A stretch of 64,000 bases of DNA. It comes from Bispira polyomma. Lineage: Eukaryota. Below the pieces are notes generated by a model. The model did not search any database. It had not been told where the DNA came from and saw only the letters and a program-made list of their open reading frames with translations. The position numbers were made by a program, and so were the translations under genes. Location: the NCBI GenBank assembly GCA_965649765.1, contig OZ287754.1:37510001-37574000 (forward strand), written 5' to 3'. Positions 1 to 14,403 of the stretch are shown here, piece after piece; positions within the stretch are counted from its first letter, which is position 1; each line of letters begins with the position of its first letter.

Positions 1-1119
1 CTTTGTTTAGAGCATGCGTCAAAGGATGTCAGCTACTGTACAGGCCATAGGCTTTTATTTAATATAGCCAACAAGCTAACCGTAGTGAAATATCTGATAA
101 TTAGATTAAAAGAGTTTCTTTGAAATATATTATAGCTTGGTTTTGCAACATTGGTTTTACAGTTATAAAGTTAGTATTTATTTTTTATTTTAGTTCACAG
201 TGACTGTAACATCTACAATGCAGTCACAACTCAGTTAAGGATTTCTGTTGCCTTATAGGGAATGACTCTTTCTTCAATACAGAACAAATGAAATTTAATA
301 GATCAATTTTTTTTGTATTAAATAAGTTATCTGTGCTATGTATTTATTTTGCTTGACCCTCTAACAACACGTTTTGTGAAATGATAACGGAATAAATTTG
401 CCATACTTCCTCCTGACAAAATCCCACCACATTGATCTTTTTCTGCTTTACTTTAAAAAAAGTTCACCTTTTTGTGGAAAGCTCATTTCACCAGGATATC
501 AATTTTGACATGATTAGATTATAAATCACAATGTTTGACATTCGCATTCATCACTATGATGACAGGTGGTTTGCTGGTCCATTTACATGATCTGTCTCAA
601 TCCAACAAATGTCTCCCTATTCTGTTTAAAAATACATGGTGAAATTACACATAGGAATAGTGGGAATAATTATTTTCTTGAATATTCAAAACGCAACGTT
701 ACCGCCATAATTATATTATACTATGGCCACTTAATGGATAAAATCAAGTCTAATTTTGGAGCTAATTTAATGTAATGTAAATTCCCAAATAAAAGTATAC
801 ATAATGCACTGGCAAGGGCCAGATTAGATTGTAAAGACTGGTGGTGTTTGAATCATGAGGTCCAATTGCCTCCTCTTATTTGCTACAATTTGCTGTAGAC
901 TCACAACAATAACACTCATTTTCGTGGCAATTGTATTTTTATGTATGGCAACCGGAGAAAGTGAAACTAGAAAATGAACACTCACTGTCCCTGTCCTTCT
1001 AATTTTGACATAAATGTAACCAAAGCGATAATGATTGGTATATGATTACTTTTGAGACACTACTTTTTATTATATCTACGAAATTAACGTTTGACATTTG
1101 GCCTGCAAAACTACTATTA

Positions 1120-1666
1120 TAGCCCAGTCATACCTACACGTGCTATCGTCTCACAACTGAGCAAAACAATATATCTAAAATGGGGTAGTTTCATGTCAAA
1201 ATGACATGTATTCGATTTCTGACTTTTAGTGATGTTTTTGTTATGTTGGTACTTATACACTTGGAGCAGGATAAAAAAACAAAGATTTTACTGGTAGGAT
1301 ATCACTACCTACTACGTAGCCCTACTGTACTGCTACTTCTGGCTGCGTTCTGGTGCGTTATGATGCTTAGTGAAACGTTCCACGACAAATACAGATGAGT
1401 AGAAATGAATCACTACTTACTGCTACTTACTGCTACTTACACAGACGATTGGAGATGTCCTTGAAAAACAGAGAGCTCAATAATCATGGTATCAAAGCAA
1501 ACGGAGGTGTTTCCGGAATGATATCATTCGTTAAGCAACGTCCGGGAAAGAATGCACCAGGGATCTTCACTTTTGTATTACCTTCTACTACGTCTGTACT
1601 GGGTTTCTAAACAATTGAAAACGTCACACACACGTAGCTCCAGCACGTGTAGGTGTGACTGGGCTA
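1120..1666. mobile_element. PIF/Harbinger-type MITE
   Basis: 25-bp TIRs TAGCCCAGTCA(T/C)ACCTACACGTGCT; flanks TTA/ATA; inverted relative of 11266-11841. Confidence 0.8.
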
Positions 1667-1674
1667 ATACTAAC

Positions 1675-1803
1675 CTGCAACCAATGTATAGGCCTATGAC
1701 ATGCGCCATATGATATTTTAACAGTTGTGGTGGGAACATTGACTGCATAGTTCTCTTGAATCTTTGTCAGTTCAATCTCCTCTTTACTTAATCCAGATTC
1801 CAT
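1675..1803 (-). CDS. Candidate exon of the unidentified minus-strand gene
   Basis: MESGLSKEEIELTKIQENYAVNVPTTTVKISYGACHRPIHWLQ ending at CAG|GTTAGT; acceptor position uncertain. Confidence 0.45.
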
Positions 1804-4800
1804 CCTTTTGAATATCTTCAGTTAATTAACTGTGTATTTGTTGTAAGTGTAAGGTTTGTGAATCTTTTACAATCAAATACCACACATTGTTACTGATATA
1901 TTCAACATATGATATCCTTGGTAAATAAAGTAGTTTAAACAATGGTCAAACCATGTAATCTCTTTTTGAGGGTAAAGTATAAGATGATAAATAAAAAATC
2001 AACACGTTATACCAGGGGGTCATATCCACACGACTAGTTTATTTCTCCTTGTAGCAAACATAACTTTTAAGATATTTTAATATAACTAAGATGACGTCAC
2101 TGTATTGCTACTTTACCATATCCCATTCCAATCATCCACTAAAGAAGTGGCTATCATTGTCACTAAGACTTCCCACACCTTCAATTGTCACACAAAGAGT
2201 TAATTGTACTTGAATAAGACTACATTATAGGAACATGTGCAGAGTTCTAGTTCTCTGTTAAAATAGACAGAGGAAAAGGAAGGGAGACTATTTGTGGAGT
2301 CTATTAGGAGGGCCTGGAAATAATCATATATCTCCTATAAATATCATTAAAATTCCCATGAGAGAAGCCTATATCTATGCAGAACAATGGACGTACATCA
2401 TCAGTGTTTTTAATACCAATAAAGGGTGGTATAATCATGAAAATGGGAACAACAGAGTGGCCTGGCCTTTCTACTGGATTGATGGCTGTGGTGGCATCAA
2501 AACGTGCAAAACTGGACCACTGGAGATAAAATGTAATATGGTTATGGAAATGGGTGGAAAGCAGGTTTGTCTTCTGGCCATGACCTTTATGACTGAGTGA
2601 GTGATTTTTAACCATTATAACTAAGGCTGCCACGATATACTGATGTATCAATATATCCCGATACAGTTTCTAAAGGCAATATATTGCGATACAAAATTTT
2701 AAAGCAAGTATGTATCAATACAGTATTTCACCATAAATCTTTTAATATCGCTTACTTCCGGGTCGCGTTTTAGACAAAACCTTGCCTAGTGTGTAAATTA
2801 AATATATTCTAGTGAGATAGGAAGTTTTGAAAGCTGAGTACCCAACCAAAACGCCCCAAATATGATGACAACGACAAGCGATTTGCAAGCCGCATGTGTC
2901 AAATAAAATATATTCTACACCGACTCTGGGATGTATACGAAATATGATGTCATCAATACAACACAAAAATGGCAATAAGTAAATATTTCTAAAAATTTAA
3001 ATAGAAATGGGGTATATATTTAACATAATAATCCTAACTTTATATTTAAAAGTAAAGTACACCTTACTCCATACATTAATCCCAATCGCAATATATCGCA
3101 AAACGTATCGTGAATACAATCTGCGTATTGCAATATATCGCAATACGATTTTCTGATCCAATACACTTCCGGCCAAAGAAACAACACCAAACCCTACTAC
3201 ATGAGGGAACCGGTTGGTTATGATCCCCTGAACCCAGAGCTAAGGGCTAGATTTTAAATCTAGAAGCATGCTTCCAATTACTAGGCCACTGTATCCTATA
3301 ATCTGACAGACAGTTTGTGATAGACACGATTTAGACCTACAGAAGGGTAATGACAAAACGAAGACCAGCGCATTTAGTTACCTTTAAGAACCCAGATATT
3401 TCAAGCAAGAGAAATCAGGCAATCTAAATAAAAGAAAGATATTTAACAGGAACTTAAACTTTTTTCTTAGAAATAAATCTAGTTGTTTGATGTATCATGA
3501 GCTATATCTCTATACTACTTTAACCTTTGTGGCAGGCTATTATAGCTCTTCCAACTGTGTGTCATTTATACATATACCAGACCCAAATTCTATAAGATTG
3601 GTATTCTTAAAGTGATTTGATCACAAACACTCTTCAAACAGAGAGACTGGATGTGTTGTATTTTTCCCATCAGTAGTTTGAGTGACAAGGGGCAAACACT
3701 CCCCGCCCCCCCTCTTACCTTATCAACACAACCCACACCACACTCTGGATACTGCTATACAAACAACCACAAGGTCACTGATTGTAACACACTGCCTCAC
3801 ACACATAGACCCTTCTAACCTCGGCTAAAGAGCCCATAGAAGTTAAGAGTTTAATCAGCCAATGTGTGTCCTTTGAGCACACAAATACACACAATTCTGC
3901 TCATCTAGAGTTATTGCAAATCCATTTATTTTCTTCAAGTTGAGTGACACAGGTGACTTTGAAGTTAGTGTTTTAATTAACTCTGTCTACTGGCTAGGTC
4001 TTTATGGTATTTAGACTATGTTGTGGTAACAACAGTGACTTTAACAGGTTACAATTTAGAAGTTACATTCATACTTTTTTTCTCTTTTTAGTTTAACATG
4101 TCTTTCAGCAACTGCAAGTTACATTGCAATGGACAGTGTATTTTTGGAAGAAAGTAAACAAGGAAGGTTTCTTGTACTGTAAACTAACCATCTTCAGCAA
4201 GTATACTGCCAAATTGCGTACATACATGCCATGCCTGAGAACCAAAGGCAGACTTGAGTGTTGGCATTAGCAGTGTTACCTCCACACGACCGAGGTCCCA
4301 TGATCATACTGATACAAATTAAGTCATTCAAAGTTCACACAGAGATAAGCTAGCATATTATTATAATATGTAGATCAGTCCTATGGTAATTTTGATCTTT
4401 ACTTCTTCTTAATTAGTTTTTCATTGATTTACTTAAAATTTTTAACTCTAAACCTGATGAAAATGTTGATTTTTGACATCCTATTTTAGAATTATGCAAC
4501 TTCAAAAGAAGTTCTGTTACAGTAGATTTAATCCGCATTGATTGTGTAATGTTATGACTAAACGGGTCAATTTCTCCTTTACAAAACCAATTTCCGTGTT
4601 TTACTTGAAACCTTACTTAATTTAACACTGAATGGAGTATTTTTTCAATTTTTTTTTTACTAGAATTAAAACTGAAAAAAATAGCTAAAAATTGTGCAAC
4701 TGTTTTGTCTGAAGATATATATTGATGTCTTCTCAAATATATATTCTCAAAAGGCAATTCCTGTGACTTGAAAACAATGATGTAGACCAAAGCAACAATG

Positions 4801-4869
4801 TGTACACAAATGAACCTTTTCACGCTAAAATGATATCACATTTAGTCCATGACAGTAATATTGTCTTAC

Positions 4870-5052
4870 CATAAAAGCCGAGTTGAAGCCATCACTTTGC
4901 ACCAGTCTTACAGATGATTTCAGCTCGTCATCTGCACTAACCTGGTCTGTATTGTCTACCAGCTTGGTGTTGGTCACTATGAGGTTCTCTGTAGACCCAG
5001 TGTCTTCCCTCTCCTGGCTCAGAAGTTGTGTATAAATCCTAGAACTTGTGGC
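4870..5052 (-). CDS. Exon of an unidentified minus-strand gene
   Basis: TGTTGTAG acceptor, ATG|GTAAG donor, 183 nt = 61 open codons (ATSSRIYTQLLSQERED...VQSDGFNSAFM). Confidence 0.65.
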
Positions 5053-5084
5053 CTACAACAGATAGGTTTGGAATTTAGTTAGGT

Positions 5085-5285
5085 TTTCTTGTTGATTTCA
5101 ACAGGTAAGGTCATATTATGACCGCCAGCCTTAATGGTGGAGGGAACCAGTGCTGACACAATGTAAATCTATGGCAAGTGCTCGACAAACTTTGCCACAG
5201 GAAGGATCAAATTGGATTTGAACCCGCATTGGTGAGAGGAGGCCAGTTATTATGGAACCAACACTTCTAGCAGGTGCAATGGCCT
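5085..5285 (-). mobile_element. SINE family B copy
   Basis: GGTCATATTATGAC...GGAGGGAACC...GGATTTGAACCC; further degenerate copies near 19075-19210, 28188-28400 and 46490-46705. Confidence 0.55.
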
Positions 5286-5431
5286 ATTGTAATAGCCTAT
5301 AGCTGAACTGTTATGAGATTTTGCCTTTTTGTCACAAGATGTTTTACTACTTGCACCATCATAGTTAGTGACTAAGGGTTGACTTCCAAAAATGTGTGTA
5401 ATAATCTGTGCGATATTAATCTAAATGTATT

Positions 5432-5710
5432 GGTGATCCCTGTGGCCTAGTGGTGAGAGTGTCGGACTTTGGATCTGAGAGTCCCAGTTTGATCCTCAAT
5501 GCTGGCCTGTATAATGTACCCTTGGACAAGGTACTTTACACAAAGTTGTCCTGCTCTACCCAGGTGTTTTAATGGTACTAATGGGTGTTAGTCTTTGATG
5601 CACTAAATGTTGCAGCACAGCTAGCATGCTCGAGGGAGCTGAGACTATACAACTGTTTGAAAAGTGGAAGAACCTAGAATTGGATAACAGTAATGTTTAT
5701 AACTTCACTA
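5432..5710 (+). mobile_element. tRNA-derived SINE, family A
   Basis: A box TGGCCTAGTGG, degenerate B box, core TGTACCCTTGGACAAGGTACTTTACAC...CCCAGGTG; inverted copy at 44525-44822. Confidence 0.75.
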
Positions 5711-6251
5711 TATCAAACGATAATTAAAATAGTTATTGGTTTTCAGACGCTGGATGACTATTAGACGAAGTTTAAATAAAAACTGACTTACAACGTTATA
5801 TTTCACACCGTAATTCCTTACTTATAGTGGTTTTTAATAATTTGAAATAAATGTTTTAAAGAAAATATATTGGTTGATATCTGGGCAGTCATCATAGATG
5901 GATTTCTGAATTCTATCACCATAGTGTCAAGTATAAATGACAAGTGAAGGAGGCATGTTATACTTCAGGATATGTCAGACATGGCAGTTTCTTGACATCT
6001 CATGTCTCATGACCAGTAGATTTCCGACATGTATTGCCCGAGACATTATCATCTGTACTCGTTGTCATGCGATATATTTATAGATAAGCAAATCTCCAAG
6101 TATAATTAATGTAATTATTAACCGTTTTCATAATCTATTTGGAAAAACATACTGCACTACATGCAATAGAACATTAAATATACCTCAGATTTACATATTT
6201 AAGCCATGTCATCCAGACATCAATAAATCACCACATTGCATTGGTTTCTAC

Positions 6252-6381
6252 CTGGTCTTTTCCCTTCCGTTTCCTCTTCAGGGCTCTGAGAGGTAGGGCC
6301 TCCTCATCCTCTTCCGCCTCCCCCAACCCCTCCTCCCCCTCACTGTCCCCCTGGGGCAGATCAAGGATGGTGTCCTGGTTC
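6252..6381 (-). CDS. Exon of an unidentified minus-strand gene (acidic tract + KRKRK)
   Basis: CTACTTAG acceptor, CAG|GTAGA donor; NQDTILDLPQGDSEGEEGLGEAEEDEEALPLRALKRKRKGKDQ; ends in phase 0, compatible with exon 5052-4870. Confidence 0.65.
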
Positions 6382-7669
6382 CTAAGTAGGTTATAGCTCA
6401 TACTGCTATGAATCTTTCAGACAATATATCTGCACTGCTTTAGCTGCTAACTACATGTTTTGTGGCCCTTTGTGAGTATATAATAAGCAATAATAATAAT
6501 AATAAGATGTACACCAAATCTCAAAACCATTACAATGAACTGGCATTGTTTAAATTGGTCTTCTTATTCAATTTTTACCATGAGGTGTCAAAAACAATTT
6601 CATACTTTACAGAATCTGTATACCATCCCAAATTCTACCAACATGGTTTTCTGTGGCAACTCTCCTATGTCATATTTTGTTACCTGTCTTCGGTTCTCTT
6701 CAATTTTATAACGATTTAAGTCAACTTCATAGAGTTTGCTTCATATTCCATATGAGAGACAGCAAATCAAGCAAATAAGTCTTAAAAACATTTCCTGCAA
6801 ATAATGTCTTAGCCTACGAATCGTGGTTCTTTAAAACAATCCCCATTTAGTCCCATTTTATAGGGAAAAACATTTCATTTCCTTGACCGGCTTTCACAGT
6901 TTCTTTTTTACATCTAAATTGGTCTCCAAGGTAAAGCTAATAACATCCCAGCCATCTGTTTCCCTGTCAGACGCATATTCACACTGGGAGACAAGGGACA
7001 CCATGAGCATGTCTCCGGGACTTACAACCTCCTCACACACCACACACAACTACACTCTGATATCCAGATATGACAAAAGTATTTTGTAATTAAAAGATTA
7101 GTAAGATTGCATGGTATAGTAAAGTTACATAATGTGAGAATTTTATCAATTTTAATCTATTTAAGTGTCAATGTTTCCCCAATCACAATTTCTGCAGTTG
7201 ATTTACCATCTCAAAAGGTACTAATGGTCATAATTGCACAGCCTCTGATTAAATACAGCTCTATTCTTAGACCTTGCTATTGTAATCTCCTAATAAACTG
7301 TAACTAGCTACAAGAAAATATGCCTGACTATCACAATGTTAAAAATGTAGCAAAGGGGGTTTTGCTCTTATAGTTGTTGTCTTAATAAGTCACTTAATAC
7401 ACACATCTACAGCATATAGTCTTTTTTTGCCTTCGGCAAAAAGCAAATACGTTGCTTTTTATTATTTGCCATTCTCCAGCCAAGTGGTTTTCCAACAACT
7501 AGGTAAACAACCTTTCTGATAGTGTCTTTATATAGTTACATCCAATATAAGAAACAATAAAACTAATCCCAACAGACAATAACATGTAATCCTTCTCATA
7601 AAGCACCTCCTTGGAATTACATGCCATTAAAGAGGCTACACAAAATATAAATAGCCCCCCCCTCCCTCT

Positions 7670-7672
<3 letters not shown>

Positions 7673-7736
<64 letters not shown>
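7673..7736. repeat. (TA)n microsatellite
   Basis: Direct reading. Confidence 0.98.
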
Positions 7737-7737
<1 letters not shown>

Positions 7738-10700
7738 CATTCACTAAGAGAGTAGTAGACTGAAAAGTTTCTCTACATATCCAGATCTGTGTTAGTGTTA
7801 GGAAGTCCCAAACTACTCTACATATTCCACCGAGTTCATCTCTCTCTATGTTCTATATTTATTGTCAGATATACTTAACAGTGACATGTTTCAAATTACT
7901 GCTACACACCAGTGTATATATACAGAGAAAGAGAGTGAGAGGAGTGGGGGGAGATAATGCAGTCTCTGCAGCCTCTTACACACACACATACAGGCACACA
8001 CACCCACCTCACCCCTCAACTGCCTCCACTATTGAAGTGTACAAGCTAAAGCAGGGATTCCCTTGCCCAATCAAAGCTAATCACCTCCACTACCAATACT
8101 TCACTTTGGGACTATGACGGCATCCATAATTGAGCAACCATGATAGGAAAAAAGAGTATTCTAAACTACGGAGATCAATGATTTGTATAGCTAGAGCTGT
8201 TTTTGTCATTTTGTTTTATAGGTTGTGTTTTTCTTCTTCCAAAAGTGTTTATACTTTCTTGTAACACCCCCCCCCCCCATTCCCCCTCATTTCTTTATTA
8301 CTTGAAAAATTCCAGCCCATCCTTACAAACTCAGTAGTAAAGGGCTGTTATTACTGCTACTTTGGGTTTTATCATTGCATCACTTGCCACTGATTGAGAT
8401 CCTTTAAAATCTGAAGGAAAACCTTATGAGTTCAAGCAACTTCCCGTGGAAAGGCACCTTCTTTGGGGAGCCTGCTTGGGTATATATGGATTGCTACATC
8501 ACAAGATGTGTGTGGTTCTATTGCATTCTAAACGAAGTCATTAGTTGATGTGAAACATGTAGATATTGTAAGAAGGGGATGTGTAATAAGGATCTGAAGC
8601 TATGCATATCTGTACATTTTACCTTAAAGCAAAGTCGCCTGTAATTTGTTGTATCATAAATTTCATTGTTTTTGTATGTACTTTATCTGAAAATAAATAT
8701 CTATCTAGTTTTGGGTTTCAATCACGAGCTGCACTCTGCATTGTCTCAGAAAATGGGCAAAACATGCATGTTTAAATCTCATTGCAAATTGAATCATGTA
8801 TCATCCTTGACATAACCAGCCCTCCCCCCACCATCACCCCCTCTAACAAGAGCACTCGCCTATTTGTCTCCGAAAAATGTCCCATTTATGACCCACTTTT
8901 ATGGAGTTTTACCCTGGGGTGTATCCCCATCATGCAAATAGGAGGCTCAAAAAGTGCTTGTGTTTTAGTCATCACCAATAGATCACTCCAGTCATTTGAA
9001 ACCCTGCTTTGTCTCTGAGAGCCGACGTCTCCAGGACCCAGCAAGCTTTCGATCACCCCAAACTCTTTATTCTAAAAGAGACTCAAAATATTTAAAACTT
9101 ATACCTGTACCTGTTTATATGTTTAACTCCAAAAACAAACCCACCTAATATACAGATGGAAGACAAATACCAAATCAGTGAGGCATATTTCTTTATAACA
9201 ATGGAACCTAAACAAAGGTATAAAGTAGAGAGGTGCCATTCATCTCAGTGCACATTGTGTTATTTCCTTATGGACCTATAGACAAACATAGATGGAGGAA
9301 ACACACAGGGAGGGAGTTAAGTAAGAAATGTTGACACACCATAACAAGAGGGGCTCTGTGTTTTGTCTTCCTTGTTGTGTTGGTTTTCTTTTAATACTGG
9401 CATCATTTCTAACCACAGAGTTTGGAGACTTATAGTTGCCATGCCTTCAGATGTGTACTTGAAGCACGCCTATGGAGTCAGTGGGGTGAGGGAAGGCAAA
9501 CAAAGCTTTAATTATGTCATGCATCTCTGTTTTACTGCAATAGAGGAAAATGACTTGAGGTGAGGTGAGGGATGGAATATAATTGTCTCATATTTACAAA
9601 GAATACTCAGCAGACTTACTTTGTTCTCTAAACATCTATGGTACTTTTTGTATATGACTGGTGTTATAGTGCTTGAAATATTGTTGACAGATATTTTTAT
9701 TGGCAGTAGAGCTTGATGTGGCTTAATATACTTCATCTTTCTAGGAAGAAACCACAACAAAATATAGGCAATTTTAGAGTGGCTGTGTTTATTTCATCAG
9801 CACATCTAGAATGTTGTGCAGTACCTAAAAATTATTCTCTGACCACCTTTAAGATGTAGGGACATGGTGGATGTTGGCATCACTAAATATGGATATGGAT
9901 ATATTGTATAAAATGTCGACTTTTTCGCTTAAAGACAATTTTACTAATTTACAACTTTTAGGAAATTCACTGGATTTAAATTTTACTGTTGGAATGTATT
10001 GACCTAATTTTTGGTAACAAGATTAATATAAAATAATTTTTTTACTGGGAAATAATTTGCACCAGCCCATTAGCTAAACTTACTTCCACTAATACAGTAT
10101 GTCTATATACATATATATGATATTTTTTAGAAATTTATTAGAAATGTTAATGGCTAAAATGTAACAGCTTTGGCTCATTTTGTACTGACAAAACCTTTGT
10201 GAGTCAGGGGAAGATTTGTTGGCAGTTTAAATATGAAGTTGTACATGTGGTTCCAAATGTTCTGCATTATTCTATTGTAAATCAATGGACTTGCTGTAGA
10301 CCCTTTTAAAAGAATGAATGTAGTTTGTAATATAGATGGAACAAGTTGTAATTTATCCTATGTTGACAGTGCTTTTGAATTATTTAATTGTGGCAAACAT
10401 ACATACCGGTATTGATTGTGTAATGTTATGACAAAACATGCCATTCTTCTCCTTACAAATAAAGCAATTTGCCGTCTTACTAAAACCTTACTTAATTTAA
10501 CACTGAATGGAGGTGTTAGTGTTTTCTCTTGATGCATTTTACCATTTCCATCAATAAAATAAATTGGACAGTAATTTGTAACCCAATTTGGTATATGTAT
10601 TTAATGAGTTGAAAGTTTGCCAGGAATGTAAAAAGTAAAACACCAAGCTAAGTAATTGAGTAATAACTGCTTTACCTGAAGATATAATTTAATGTATTTA

Positions 10701-11265
10701 GTGGGATGAATGTAGATGGCCCAAAGCTGAACTACTTTAAAACCTGGACTAATACAAATAATAAACGTTCTATTATCTACAATTCAACACTTTGTGGTCA
10801 GTTGTGAAGTCCTGGTGAAATTAAAGTTGCCTAACACAAATCTAGAATGCAATTTTTTATATATATATTAAAATTTGACAGTCAAGGCCTGTAGTTTCCA
10901 GTAGAAAGCAGTCTCATCCCTGACTATTGATTGTCAGCCATCCATCGCCCTGTGTTCTGTGTGTATTGTCAGCTGGGAGGTGTCAGATGGCCTGTGTTTT
11001 ATTGGTACACCTCCTGATCTTCTCTGTGGGCGATCTACACCTAGGACATCATATCTCTCTGGTGCTGTCTAAAGACAAGATCACTGGTCTGCTCAGTTAT
11101 AGGATTCCCCCGGGAAATAGGGGCTTCAACTCTTCACATAAGTATTGGGGTTACAAGGGTTTAATGGCAACCAGGACTGAAAAGATGTATTGCAAACAAC
11201 TGGCGAAAGAGCTCCCTAACTTGGCCTGGCTGCTAATTAAACGTGGTTCAGTTTTTGACTGTTTA

Positions 11266-11841
11266 TGTCCTGGTCACACCTACACGTTCTGGAGCTACGT
11301 TTGTGTCACGTTGTGTTAATTTTGGAAACGTTTTGGAAATATAGTAGGAAGTGAGGAGCCCTGGTGTGTTTGTTCCGTGATGATGATTAACGGATGGTAT
11401 CGTTCCGGAAACGTCTCCGTTCCGTCTTTTGCGTGTAGCGTTTCAAACTATTTCAAACACTACAGTCACAGCTTCCGTTTATCTCCGTTTCTCTGTTTGT
11501 CCCCGAAAGTTTTCGTAAGTAGCACAGACGTAAGTAGCTCTACTTAGTAGTAGGTAGCGAGGAAGTAGCATAACGAAGCAGAACACACCAGTAAGTAGAA
11601 GTCCGTAGCTGTACATAGTAGTAGGTAGTGATATCCTACAAGTAAAGGGTCCGTTTTTTTGTCCGCGCTTCATGTGTGCAAGTACCAACATCGTCACGGA
11701 ACATCATGAAACGTCACAAAACTTCCCAATCGACTCCCCCTTTATGAAAATGATATCACTTTGACAAGAAGCACAACGTTTTCAGTTTATATTGATTTGC
11801 CACGTTGTGGGACATTAGCACATGTAGGTGTGACCAGGTCA
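11266..11841. mobile_element. PIF/Harbinger-type MITE
   Basis: TIRs TG(T/A)CCTGGTCACACCTACA with a perfect TTA TSD (11263-11265, 11842-11844). Confidence 0.85.
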
Positions 11842-13912
11842 TTAGGGAAAGTTTCTGCCTCAAATAATACAGAGTATGTGTTTGTAAAAGCAGGTGTCTC
11901 AGATAAACCCAAACCCCAGAATTCCCTTAACACACCCGGTCTGTGTCATTCAGTTGTTCCTTTTTCAATAAATTAAATGACAACTGCCATATAGGTCTAG
12001 GCTTTGCATGGAATTATCCAAGGAAATAACTCTTTGGCTTAAGAAGTGTTTTGCAACTAAATGTACAAATTTATTATCTAAATGCATAATTCAAATGAAA
12101 AACTCCATGACTTTTGCATTTAAAGATTTCATTCTGAATCACTTTAATGACAGCTGTTGTACATTTATAATATACTTGGTGACTTGCTGCTATTCTGGCT
12201 TCTAAAGAAATAGATGTTGGATATATTTAGTGTTTTCAGTCTGAGTGCACTACTACCAAAATAGTTTTCTATTTTCTAAATAAATTTATTGACTACTGTA
12301 AACCACTTCAAATGAGCTTGTTATTTGTTTCCATTCTGACTCTTTAAAATATATGGCTGTTTGGATTATTTTACTGTTTTGAGTCTATACTCAGTCAGAA
12401 AACACCCACAGCCGCTGTCCCTAGCCACCCCTTGGGAGTGCAGATCTTGTAAAAGAGATGTCAGCCTCATGATTTAGCCGGTAGTTTTTTGTAATTAGAT
12501 TTGAATGGACTATTTGTCAGAGCAATGTTCCTGTCTTATTTCAGGGTATGTTTGTGGGAGGTGGGTGGTGGGTGGTGGGTAGTGTTAGTATTAGGGTTAT
12601 AATACAAGTGCAGGAGGTGGACCAGGATTATTGGATCATTTCTAACACCTCTGTCATAACTTATACTGCTGTTTTTTTGTGAATGGCATCATATATCAAG
12701 CTCTACCCCCCAATTTATCCTAGAATACAGTCAAACCTGTATGAAAGACAATATATACTCATCAAACACCCAAAGTTTAGACGAGTTGATTGCTTCCAAC
12801 ACCAACACCAGGTTGTGCCTGGTAAAATAATTTGCTTTTGATTTATTGTTTCTGTTTGACCTGTATTTAAAGTCCACCCACATTTACAGCTCTTTGGAAT
12901 AGATATCGTCTTGTTTAATTTATTTTACTCGCGGTGACTTAACTTATATTTGACTAGTGTTTCAAGGTGGGTAACCTGTAAGAACCAGGAGAGTTCTGGC
13001 GAGAAATATAATTGTCGGCTTTGCATTTTTATTGCTTAAATGCCATGTGACATGGACATGTGAAGCTGGTTAGGTGTAATTCAATTACAACAGGGTGTAA
13101 ACAGGAATCTATAGATAAAGAGTGTCAAGGCAGTTTATTGAATGACCCGACACTGGAAATGAACAAGGTTGATAAAATTATATTATCTGCAAGAGTCAGG
13201 GTTTAATAAGTGATATCCCATGACAAACTGTGGATATACTCAGCAGGTTACCATAATTGCCTCTATGCCTCAAATGTGCTAAAATGTCTGCTATATCCAT
13301 GGTTCAGAATAGGATATTCCAATTCTAGCAAAACAAATTACCAGCATTAACTGAATGTATTTAAACATAAAATAATCTTACTCTAGGAATTACTATATAG
13401 GAACTGGAATAAATTTTGACTATTGGAAAAGTAGATTAATACAAATTTAAATATTTTAAATTTTCACTGGGCATTAATTTTCACTATCCAAGCTGATTAC
13501 CTCAAATTAGTTACTAGTGAAACTTTCCACTTACAGAGTATTTGACGTGGTATCAAAACCAGGAAGACAGCAGCCCTTGCTATTCCTATGAGTTGGTAGT
13601 AGCATTGCAACATATAATTAAACCAATCTAAATCGAGGCCATGGACTGTTTGGGTCAGAATTTGGGTGTTACTAGGCTTTCAATATCCTAGGTTATATTT
13701 GGACAGTTTAAGTTTTTTGGTTAAGAAAACATGTACTCTATATAAAGGAGTAAAATTAAGTTTGGCATATACTATAAACCAGACCAAATTTAGCAGATGA
13801 AGTGGAACTACTGCCCCACGAAGAGAGAGAAAACTATTATAGAAAAGCTCTTTGTAGCCGGTAAAAGTTTAATGTTTCGTAGTTGTATCAAATATAGTGC
13901 AATAAATTTTAT

Positions 13913-14403
13913 TATTATACCTCGGCGGCGAATCCAGTGATTCTATTGGTTAAAATGCGATCACGTGACATAACATGTTTCCTGATATGGCCCGGCAATC
14001 GGAGGCCATATCACTGCAGCGGCCATATCACTTGCAAAGTTTAGCAAGCACCATTGGTGGTTATTTGTGTTTTCATTAAAGATCTATAGTTTAACACACA
14101 ATTAAACAACTGTAAATACATTATATTGAATTTGATGTTAAACGTCTTCTTTCGCCGTGGTTAAATTGTTTATATACTCGTCACGGGAGTTAGGGGCACG
14201 GAAATAGATGTCGGGACTCAAATTCCTTATTAAACTATCTTTATTAAAAATCAAAAATGCTTCGGTATAATAAAGAGAATATAAGCTTTTTGCGGGGGCC
14301 TTACTAGGATATATGCACTTGACGGCCCTCAAGCCATATTGGCCTGACCAAGGGTGCATATATCCCAGTATAGCCCTCACAAACAGCATATATTTTTTAA
14401 TTA
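13913..14403. repeat. Non-autonomous element with short inverted ends and a long terminal palindrome
   Basis: TATTATACC (13913) / GGTATAATA (14263) followed by an imperfect palindrome with ~45-bp arms around GGATATATGCAC...GTGCATATATCC. Confidence 0.55.

Noticed and set aside
2292-2651. Overlapping 102-aa and 115-aa ORFs
   Set aside because: Non-ATG starts, no splice context or recognisable motif; could be a decayed element but unsupported.
4178-4245. Minus-strand candidate exon
   Set aside because: Sequence matches the SINE family B body seen at 46540-46580.
6684-6794. Minus-strand AG...GT bounded candidate exon
   Set aside because: Stops in the frames needed to join the neighbouring exon.
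7499-7744. 81-aa ORF with YIYIYI run (likewise 62600-62809)
   Set aside because: Translation of a (TA)n microsatellite.
10927-11319. 130-aa ORF
   Set aside because: Non-ATG start, no motif, runs into a MITE terminus.
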